Source: Candidatus Krumholzibacteriota bacterium
GTDB taxonomy: Bacteria > Krumholzibacteriota > Krumholzibacteriia > JAJRXK01
Direction of reading: 5' to 3'
Assembly (NCBI GenBank): GCA_963806035.1
Contig: CAWDWO010000019.1
Location: 1 to 14,615, forward strand
Length of the DNA: 14,615 bases
Shown here: piece after piece, positions 7,853 to 14,615 of the stretch
Layout of the letters: every line of letters starts with the position of its first letter
Position numbering within the stretch: position 1 is the stretch's first letter
Position numbers and translations under genes: made by a program
Notes under the pieces: model-generated
What the model saw: only the letters and a program-made list of their open reading frames with translations
What the model was told of the DNA's origin: nothing
Databases searched by the model: none

Positions 7853-8046
7853 CGGTACCTCCAATGTGCCGGTGCGGTGGTTCGTAAGGGGCCTGAAGTG
7901 TAGCCAGCCGCCGCGAGGCAGTCGAGCACCAGAAACCGGTCAAGCTGCACCGCGGGATCCCGGGATCGCAACTCCGTTGCCCCCGGGAAGGAAGTGTGCG
8001 ACAGTTTTCGCGCCCGTTCCCCCAATTCTCGAATCTGGAGGCAGTA

Positions 8047-8607
8047 ATGCTGTTGATGTCCCTCTGGCTGCCCATCCTCCTTTCGGCCGTCGCCGTGTTC
8101 CTCGTGAGCGCCATCATTCACATGGTGCTCCATTACCACGACCGCGACTTCGCGGGGCTTCCCGACGAAGACGGGGTCATGGCCGCCCTGCGCCCGTTCC
8201 AGCTCGCGCCTGGCGAATACACCATGCCGCACTGCGCCAACGCGTCCCAGATGAAGGATCCGCAGTTACAGGAGAAGTTGAACCAGGGTCCCGTCGCCAT
8301 CTTGACCGTCATGCCCAACGGGCCCTTCAAGATGGGAGGACAGCTCTTCCAGTGGTTCCTCTACTGTGTGCTGGTCGGCATCTTTTGCGCCTACATCGTG
8401 GGAGGGCTTGCCGAGGCGGGTACGGAGTATCGCGTGATCTTCCGCTACGTGAGCGCCACCGCTTTCGTGGCTTACTCCCTCGCTTTGATTCAGGGCTCCA
8501 TCTGGTACAAGCGCCGCTGGAGCAGCACTCTGAAGTCCATGCTGGATGGGCTGATCTACGGCCTGGTGACCGGCGGCTTCTTTGGTTGGCTCTGGCCGGG
8601 AGCGTGA
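8047..8607 (+). CDS. Hypothetical integral membrane protein (186 aa, about 4 TM)
   Basis: GGAGG at 8037-8041 precedes ATG 8047. Hydrophobic helices LWLPILLSAVAVFLVSAIIHM, WFLYCVLVGIFCAYIVG, FRYVSATAFVAYSLALI and DGLIYGLVTGGFFGWLWP. Confidence 0.8.
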   Translation: MLLMSLWLPILLSAVAVFLVSAIIHMVLHYHDRDFAGLPDEDGVMAALRPFQLAPGEYTMPHCANASQMKDPQLQEKLNQGPVAILTVMPNGPFKMGGQLFQWFLYCVLVGIFCAYIVGGLAEAGTEYRVIFRYVSATAFVAYSLALIQGSIWYKRRWSSTLKSMLDGLIYGLVTGGFFGWLWPGA

Positions 8608-8617
8608 GCAAACTCTC

Positions 8618-9067
8618 ATGCAGATTTGGGCCGACGCGGACGCCCTCCCGGGAGCGATCCGAGACATTCTCTTTCGGGCGGCGCAACGAGTTGGGGTGAA
8701 ACTCACGCTGGTCGCATCCAAGTCGTTGCGCACGCCCGACACCAATCTCATCCACAGCTTGTGGGTTCCTGTGGGTGAAGACGCCGCCGATCACAAAATC
8801 ATGGAATTGATGCAGGCCGGCGATCTGGTCATCACCGCCGACATTCCCTTGGCGGCCAAGGTCGTCGATAAGGGGGGGCTCGCACTCGACCCTCGTGGTG
8901 AATTGTACTCACGGGACAACATCGGTGAACGCCTCGCTACCCGGAATTTGCTCGATGAGCTACGCAGCGGCGGGCAGCGCATCGGAGGTCCCGCTCCCAT
9001 CGACAGTCGCGCGCGGCAGACCTTCGCCAATCAGCTCGACCGCTGGCTCGCCCAACAGGAGCTTTGA
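8618..9067 (+). CDS. yaiI: YaiI/YqxD (UPF0178) family protein
   Basis: MQIWADADALP..., DAADHKI, DLVITADIPLA, LDPRGELY, NIGERLATRN and FANQLDRWL match the family pattern. Confidence 0.9.
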   Translation: MQIWADADALPGAIRDILFRAAQRVGVKLTLVASKSLRTPDTNLIHSLWVPVGEDAADHKIMELMQAGDLVITADIPLAAKVVDKGGLALDPRGELYSRDNIGERLATRNLLDELRSGGQRIGGPAPIDSRARQTFANQLDRWLAQQEL

Positions 9068-9122
9068 TCCCACTCCTGAAGGCCCGCGAGAGAGCTCTTT
9101 GGACCAGCGGCGGAGGGGCGCT

Positions 9123-9149
9123 TGTAACTCGACGGCTGCTTGATGCGTT
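9123..9149 (+). promoter_or_regulatory. Possible ECF-type promoter TGTAAC-N17-CGTT upstream of the Gly-repeat gene
   Basis: TGTAAC (9123-9128) and CGTT (9146-9149) lie in the intergenic region about 57 nt before ATG 9207. Confidence 0.3.
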
Positions 9150-9206
9150 GTACTTGCGGAAGAACTATCTCGAGAACTTTGGTTCCAAGGGAAGCGAGTA
9201 GTCCCC

Positions 9207-10217
9207 ATGCGTAGGATTCCCCTCCTCTGTCTCTTTCTTCTTCTTTTTGGCGTTCCTTCCGCATTCGCCGGCTCCCTGGATCTGGGAGTGGCGGGTGCTG
9301 GCCTGAGCATCGGCAATTCACCGCGTTGGAATGGCATCCGCCTGAATTTCCGTGACTCGGACGTCGAAGTGGTGAACGGAATCAACTTCACGGTCTACAA
9401 GTCCAGGCATCCCCAACACAGCCGCATGAACGGTCTTCTCTTGGGTATCGTCGCCCCTGAGGCACACCAGATGCGCGGGGTCGCAATTGGCCTGGGCGGG
9501 GTGGGCGCGGATGAGATGGATGGGGTCGCGCTGGGCGGTCTGGCGGCCGGGGCCGGAGACTCGTTTCGTGGAATCGCCCTGGGGGGCCTGGCCGTGGGCG
9601 CCGGCAACGGATTCAAAGGACTTGGGGCGGCCTTGCTCGCCGCCGGTGCCGGCGATGGCGGGACCGGGGTTCTCCTCGGCGGGTTGGCGGCTGGTGCCGG
9701 GGAGTCCTTCGACGGGATTTTGGTCGGGGGGCTCGCCGCGGGCAGCGGCCAGAGTTCCCGCGGCTTGCAGGTGGGCGGCCTGGCTGCTGGAACCGGTGAG
9801 TCCTTCCACGGCGTTCTGGTGGGCGGACTCGCGGCGGGCACCGGCCAGGACTTCCGCGGACTGGGGCTGGGCGGCTTGGCAGTGGGCGCCGGCGAGGAAA
9901 TGTTCGGGGTGGCGATCGGAGGACTGGCGGCCGGGGCAGGCGAGGAGATGCGTGGGGTGGCCATCGGAGGACTGGGTGTTGGGGCGCCCGACTTCAAGGG
10001 CCTGGCGCTCGCTCTGGCGCATACCAAGAGCGAACGCTTCACCGGCTTTGCCGCGAGTGCCTACAACCGCCAGACCGAGCTGGGGCGTGGGCTTTTCGTG
10101 GGACTCTTCAATTACTGCGCCGAGCTGCACGGCGTACAGCTCGGCGTTCTCAACTACGCGGGCAACAATTCGGGCTGGAAGAAGTGGTTACCGCTCTTCA
10201 ACGCCCACTTCGACTGA
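9207..10217 (+). CDS. Secreted/outer-membrane Gly-rich repeat protein (resembles LA_2272-type surface repeat proteins)
   Basis: Signal peptide ...VPSAFA|G. N-terminal NGIRLNFRD...VNGINFT, central 16-aa repeats, and C-terminal GLFVGLFNY...GVQLGVLNYA...WLPLFNAHFD. Confidence 0.8.
   Translation: MRRIPLLCLFLLLFGVPSAFAGSLDLGVAGAGLSIGNSPRWNGIRLNFRDSDVEVVNGINFTVYKSRHPQHSRMNGLLLGIVAPEAHQMRGVAIGLGGVGADEMDGVALGGLAAGAGDSFRGIALGGLAVGAGNGFKGLGAALLAAGAGDGGTGVLLGGLAAGAGESFDGILVGGLAAGSGQSSRGLQVGGLAAGTGESFHGVLVGGLAAGTGQDFRGLGLGGLAVGAGEEMFGVAIGGLAAGAGEEMRGVAIGGLGVGAPDFKGLALALAHTKSERFTGFAASAYNRQTELGRGLFVGLFNYCAELHGVQLGVLNYAGNNSGWKKWLPLFNAHFD
9510..9989 (+). repeat. Ten tandem 48-bp (16-aa) coding repeats, consensus xxxxG(V/I/L)xxGGLAAGAG
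   Basis: DEMDGVALGGLAAGAG / DSFRGIALGGLAVGAG / ... / EEMRGVAIGGLGVGAP. The array spans exactly 480 nt with no indels. Confidence 0.9.
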
Positions 10218-11466
10218 ACCGGCTCCGTGCGCGTCCGTTCCGCTTGCGGCGAGAGTTTCTACGATCACCCTCGCTGAAATCCCCGCGAGATCCCCGCTGA
10301 CCCTCGAGCGATTCATCCGCCTGGATGGTAAATCCCTCGATTTGCCGGCGCGGAATCGGCGTGCCGATCATGCGCTCGGTGGATTTCACCCAGGCACGAT
10401 CCCCGTTGGTGACGAAAGTGAACGCCGCCCCCTCGTGCTCGCTGCGACCGGTACGGCCGATGCGGTGAGTATACGCTTCCGGCGTATTCGGAACGTCGTA
10501 GTTGATCACGTGGGAGACCCCACTGACGTCGAGTCCGCGCGCCGCGATGTCCGTGGCCACGAGGATGTCGAAGCGACGTGTGCGAAAGCCGCGCATGGCT
10601 CGGTCGCGCTGTCCCTGCGACATCGATCCCTGCAGCCCCACCGCACGATGCCCTGCCTTGCTCAGCTGTTCGGCGAGCCGGCGCGCCCGGTGCTTGGTGC
10701 GCGTGAAGACGATCGCGGTGTTGCACTCGTCGCGTGTGAGCACATGCTCGAGCAGATCGCGCTTGCGTCTTTCAGCGACCAAATACAGCGCGTGGTCGAC
10801 GGTGGCGACCGGCGCGGAAGTGGCCAGCTCGACCACCTTGGGTTGACTGAGGAGTTCGTCGGCCAGATGCCTGACCTCTTGCGGCATGGTGGCCGAGAAC
10901 AAGAGGTTCTGTCGCTTGGCGGGAAGCGCTTTGAGGATCTTGCGAATGTCCGGCAAGAAGCCCAGATCGAACATGTGGTCGGCCTCGTCCAACACGAGCG
11001 TCTCGACTTGATCCAGCATGAGAAGACGCTGGTTCAAGAGGTCCAAAACGCGGCCCGGGCAGCCCACCACGATTTCGGGGCGATGCCTGAGCGCCTCGAC
11101 CTGTCTTCTCTGAGAAACACCGCCGTAGATGGTGACCATTTTCAGACGAGTGAATTTGGCGAGCATGTGAAACTCGGCGGTGATTTGGTTGGCCAGTTCC
11201 CGAGTGGGTGCGAGCACCAAGACGCGGGGGCGTTGGCCCTTGGGTTTCAACAACCGCTGGAGGATGGGGAGCGCGAAGGCCGCGGTCTTGCCGGTGCCGG
11301 TTTGCGCCAGGCCCAAGACGTCGCGCCCTTGAAGGCCGGCGGGAATGGTTTGAACCTGAATGGGCCGGGGCTCGTGAAAGCCCGCAGCACGAATTCCGCG
11401 CATGAGCTCCCGACGGAGATCGAATTGCTCGAACCCGGCCTTGGGATGTGATCCTGAATCTATCAT
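10198..11466 (-). CDS. DEAD-box ATP-dependent RNA helicase (RhlE-like)
   Basis: Q motif (GFHEPRPIQ), AQTGTGKT, PTRELA, DEAD, SAT, ARGLD and HRIGRTGR, with an Arg-rich C-terminal tail. GGAG at 11479-11482 (minus strand) precedes ATG 11466. Confidence 0.96.
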   Translation of the reverse strand: MIDSGSHPKAGFEQFDLRRELMRGIRAAGFHEPRPIQVQTIPAGLQGRDVLGLAQTGTGKTAAFALPILQRLLKPKGQRPRVLVLAPTRELANQITAEFHMLAKFTRLKMVTIYGGVSQRRQVEALRHRPEIVVGCPGRVLDLLNQRLLMLDQVETLVLDEADHMFDLGFLPDIRKILKALPAKRQNLLFSATMPQEVRHLADELLSQPKVVELATSAPVATVDHALYLVAERRKRDLLEHVLTRDECNTAIVFTRTKHRARRLAEQLSKAGHRAVGLQGSMSQGQRDRAMRGFRTRRFDILVATDIAARGLDVSGVSHVINYDVPNTPEAYTHRIGRTGRSEHEGAAFTFVTNGDRAWVKSTERMIGTPIPRRQIEGFTIQADESLEGQRGSRGDFSEGDRRNSRRKRNGRARSRFSRSGR

Positions 11467-11645
11467 GAATTGTCTATTCTCCGGCGCACACGCACAGAAA
11501 ACTGCCTGCGCGGCGGCGCCATGGGTATCCGACCCAAACAACAGTAATGGGCAAAAGGGAGGTTTTGGCGGCGTGACTTCGATGAAAGTCCTGTTGTTCG
11601 CCGCTGCCGGGCTGAGGCCCGATCGAGCAGTCAAGCTAGTACACT

Positions 11646-11661
11646 AGCGTGAATTGTGCCA
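11646..11661 (-). promoter_or_regulatory. Putative sigma-54 promoter for the helicase gene (TGGCACaattcacGCT)
   Basis: Perfect -24 TGGCAC and exact GG-N10-GC spacing. The -12 reads ACGCT instead of TTGCW. Confidence 0.45.
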
Positions 11662-11739
11662 CCTGCCAGGCTACGCGTGGCGCTAGGATGGAGGTTTTCT
11701 TCCAACGAGCCAGTGAATGATCGCCATGAAGGCCAGGGA

Positions 11740-11769
11740 TTGCCCCGGACTCGGTTTGCGGGCTAAGAT
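11740..11769 (+). promoter_or_regulatory. Putative sigma-70 promoter TTGCCC-N18-TAAGAT for the TPR gene
   Basis: TTGCCC 11740-11745, TAAGAT 11764-11769, ATG at 11779, and no SD sequence. Confidence 0.45.
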
Positions 11770-11778
11770 CACTTCACT

Positions 11779-13657
11779 ATGAGCGGCTTACTAGCGACCC
11801 TACGTGTCCTCCCCGCCATCCTCGTCACCGCCCTCCTCGCCACCGCCCCGGCCGTGGCCCAGCCGGATGAAGGGCTCGACTTCACCGAGATCCGCGCCCT
11901 GATCCGCGACAAGCAACTGGACACGGCCGAAGGTAAGCTGCGGGACATGCTCGCGGACAAGGCGCTCTCGGTGGAGGCACGCGCGACGGCGAGGGACCTT
12001 CTGCTCGAGGCGTTGCTTCGCGCCCCGTATCCCGACTTCGAGACGGCGATTTCCATGGCCCGGAAGACGGTCGCCTACCGCGAGGAGAAGATCGGCCCCG
12101 ACGACCCGGGCCTGGCTACCAGCTACCGGTATCTGGGCATGGCGCTGGACTTGTCCAAGAACCGGGCGGAAGGCCTGAAATGGTTTCAGAAGGCGGTGGC
12201 CCAACTCGAACGGCTTCAAGGCCCCAACAGCATGACCCTCCTGCCGGCTCTCAACTCGGTCGGCGTCTCCTACATGGGAACCCGTGACTACCGCAAGGCG
12301 ATCGACCTGTTCACCCGGATGATCGAGATCTGCGACGCGGCGACGGACAAGGGCGAGGCGGACGTCTCGCTCTACCTGGCCAACCGCGGGAAGTGCTACC
12401 GGTTCGTGGGGGACATGGCGGCGTCCGAGAAGGACTACCGCCGTTCCATCCGGGAGAAGGAAGCCCAGGCCGAACCGGATCCGGCGGGCCTGGCCGACCA
12501 TCTCCTGGACCTCATACCCATCCTGCTCGACACCAATCAGGCCCTGGAGGCGATCGAGCCCGCGCAGCGGGCGCTGGACCTGTGTCGCCGGGTCTATCCC
12601 GAGGTTCATCCCAAGGTCATCGAGTCCGAACGGCAGCTCGGTCTCGTCTACTGCCGCGCAGCGCGCTTCGACGCGGCCCGCGTCCATCTGGAACGCGCGG
12701 TCGAGATTGCCCGGAAGATCGAGGATCAGGACATCGAGCCGTACGCGAAGGCCCTGGACTCCCTGGCCCGGCTCGAGGCCGATCTCGGTTACACGGATCG
12801 CGCCATCATTCGGCAGGAGCGGGTGCTCGATCTCATGGAGAAGAAGTTTGGACCGGACAGCGACTTCGCATCCGTGGCCAGTGACAGGCTTGGGGAATAC
12901 CTGTCCAAGGCGGGTGAGTTCGCCAAGGCCCGCGAGTACTTCGAGCGCTGCCGCGAGATCGACACCAAAACCTTCGGTCCCGACCATCCCTACGTGGGCA
13001 ATGACCTCCTGAACGCGGCGACCGCATCCTTTTACGCGGGGGACTACGAAGCGGCCGAGCGCGGATACCAGGCGGCCGAGAAGATCTGGGCAGCGGCGTT
13101 TCCCGAAGATCATCCCCAAATGGCGCTTCTCAACCATAGCTACGGGGTTCTGCTGGGGAACCGGGGACGATTGGAGGAAAGCCGCCAGCGTCTGGAAAGT
13201 GCAGCGAAGTCCCTGGCCGCGGCGGTCGGCCCCCAGAGTCCGGACCTTGCCGAAGTCCTCAACGACTACGGCAAGGTCCTGTTCGAACTCGGCGAGGTCG
13301 ACGCCGCACGCACCCAGCTCGAAAAGGCGCGGGCCATCCGGCGCGCGGCGTTCGGTGACCCGCATCCTTCGATCGCACTCAGCCTGAACGCGTTGGCCAA
13401 TCTTCACGCTTCTTTGGGCGATCTGGAGACCGCGGCCGCGCTCGCCGACACTGCGGTCACCATGAGCAAGGAGACCTTGGGGCCCAACCATCCTTGGACG
13501 GGACGGGCGATGCAGAATCTGGCCGCGATCCGACTGCTCCAGCACGAAGATGCATCGGCTTTGGACCTGGCGGTCCAGGCGGAGGCCATCGGGCGATCCA
13601 ACCTTCGCCTCCTCGCCCAGGGCAGCTCCGAGCGACAGACCCTGGCCTACGCCGCTG
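11779..13657 (+). CDS. Signal-peptide-bearing long TPR (kinesin-light-chain-type) protein, probably the N-terminal part of a TPR-CHAT protease; cut off at a junction; not in the ORF track
   Basis: Translated by hand in frame +1. The in-frame stop at 11764 is followed by ATG 11779: MSGLLATLRVLPAILVTALLATAPAVA|QPDE... Repeated ~42-aa TPRs carry GPDDP, YPEVHP, FGPDHP, FPEDHP, FGDPHP and LGPNHP. The last credible residues are ...[18 protein letters not shown]. The frame then runs without a stop to the window end through out-of-frame rplD and in-frame rplW. Confidence 0.88.
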
Positions 13658-14185
13658 ATTCACCAGGCGGTCGTTCGGCAGCTGGCCGGACGGCGCGTCG
13701 GGACGGCCGACACCCTGACGCGTGCCGAGGTCGCCGGTGGCGGCCGCAAGCCGTGGCGCCAGAAGGGGACCGGGCGCGCCCGCCAGGGCAGCCGCACAGC
13801 CCCGCACTGGAAGGGCGGCGGCGTGGTCTTCGGACCGCACCCGCGCGCCTTCGACATGAAGATGAACGCCCGCATGCGCCGCGCGGCGCTGAAGGGCGTG
13901 CTGAGCTCCAAGGTGGCCGATGGCGCCGTGCGCGTGGTCGAGGGCTTCGGCCTCGAGCAGATCGGGACGCGAGCCTTCGCCGACCGGCTCACCGGTTGGG
14001 ATGCCGGGGGCAAGGTGCTGGTCGTGCTCGCCGCCCGCGACCACGTGGTCGAGCGGTCGTGCCGCAACCTGCGCGAGGTGCGGGTGAACCTGGCCGACAG
14101 CCTCAACGTCGTCGACCTGCTCGAGGCGGACACCGTCGTCTTTACCAGCGACGCCCTGAGCCGGGCCCAGGAGGTGTACGCATGA
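13649..14185 (+). CDS. rplD: 50S ribosomal protein L4, N-terminally truncated
   Basis: [48 protein letters not shown]...[13 protein letters not shown]. It has no genuine start or N-terminus and no rplC upstream. Confidence 0.93.
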   Translation, partial: TPLIHQAVVRQLAGRRVGTADTLTRAEVAGGGRKPWRQKGTGRARQGSRTAPHWKGGGVVFGPHPRAFDMKMNARMRRAALKGVLSSKVADGAVRVVEGFGLEQIGTRAFADRLTGWDAGGKVLVVLAARDHVVERSCRNLREVRVNLADSLNVVDLLEADTVVFTSDALSRAQEVYA

Positions 14186-14477
14186 GCGGCGCGAGCGTGC
14201 ATGACATCCTGCTGCGTCCGGTCATCAGCGAGAAGAGCGTGGCCGAGACGGAGCGCAACAACTACACGTTTCGCGGTCCGCGCAGCGCGAACAAGTTCGA
14301 GATCAAGGCGGCGGTCGAGGCTGAGTTCAAGGTCAACGTTCTCGGCGTGCGCGTCCTGACGGTGAAGCCCAAGAAGAAGCGGCGCGGCCGCCGGCAGATG
14401 GGCACCGTGTCGGGCTGGCGCAAGGCGGTCGTGACGATCGCGGACGGCCAGAAGATCAGCTCTTCGAGGCGGTGTAA
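14182..14477 (+). CDS. rplW: 50S ribosomal protein L23 with apparent 1-nt deletion near the C-terminus
   Basis: ATGA overlap with the rplD stop and SD AGGAGGT at 14169-14175. Sequence: [19 protein letters not shown]...[18 protein letters not shown]...[14 protein letters not shown]. Restoring one G at about 14458 gives IELFEAV* with TAA at 14475-14477. Confidence 0.92.
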
Positions 14478-14480
14478 GGA

Positions 14481-14615
14481 ATGCCACTACGCAAGTACCG
14501 ACCGACGAGCCGGGTCTGCGCCAGATGACCCGCGCCACGTTCGACGAGGTCACCACCGATGTCCCGCACAAGCCGCTGACCGAGCGGCTGGTCCAAAGGC
14601 CGGCCGCAACAGCCA
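14481..14615 (+). CDS. rplB: 50S ribosomal protein L2, 5' fragment with two apparent 1-nt deletions
   Basis: [10 protein letters not shown][P][28 protein letters not shown][K]AGRNS is obtained by adding one C in the C-run at about 14510 and one A in the A-run at about 14596. Confidence 0.88.

Noticed and set aside
6572..7903. 443-aa plus-strand ORF, and similar shadows at 3139-3948, 5983-6714, 9318-10130 and 13660-14571
   Set aside because: Each lies antisense to a well-supported gene and shows no protein-family features.
9510..9989. Periodic repeats as a possible CRISPR array
   Set aside because: They are degenerate in-frame coding repeats without unique spacers or nearby cas genes. The CHAT gene is therefore not evidence of a type III-E locus in this window.
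9487..11451. 654-aa plus-strand ORF
   Set aside because: An off-frame reading of the Gly-repeat gene followed by the antisense of the DEAD-box helicase; a typical high-GC artefact.
11800..13545. 581-aa minus-strand ORF
   Set aside because: Antisense shadow of the real + strand TPR gene, with no recognisable motifs.
13550..13648. ORF-track N-terminus of rplD (MHRLWTWRSRR...)
   Set aside because: It is an alternative frame of the TPR gene and does not resemble L4. L4 similarity starts at about 13649.
11779..14615. Apparent giant TPR-L23 fusion ORF in frame +1
   Set aside because: The middle part is out-of-frame rplD (Arg/Gly/Pro-rich nonsense). Continuity results from the junction, high GC and a frameshift removing the rplW stop.

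Overview
High-GC bacterial DNA. From 1 to about 13650 it is an accessory-type region. It carries a 5'-truncated TPR-CHAT (caspase-like) protease and two tandem 251-aa secreted beta-propeller paralogs with a shared C-terminal 'SWGRMKSxY' tail. A convergent operon encodes an ECF sigma factor, a membrane anti-sigma factor and a secreted protein. Further on are a membrane protein, a POT-family peptide transporter, a second membrane protein, a YaiI/YqxD protein, a secreted Gly-rich protein with ten 16-aa repeats, and a DEAD-box helicase with a structured leader. A long signal-peptide-bearing TPR gene starts at 11779; it is absent from the ORF track because its frame never closes in the window. At about 13649-13657 this gene breaks abruptly into the middle of rplD of an S10 ribosomal operon (rplD'-rplW-rplB') that carries several 1-nt deletions. 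This is most likely a chimeric assembly or read junction rather than biology. The best candidates for new biology are the putative WGxxK C-terminal sorting tail, TPR-CHAT proteases next to an atypical ECF/anti-sigma pair, and an RBS-sequestering hairpin overlapping the putative ECF autoregulatory promoter.
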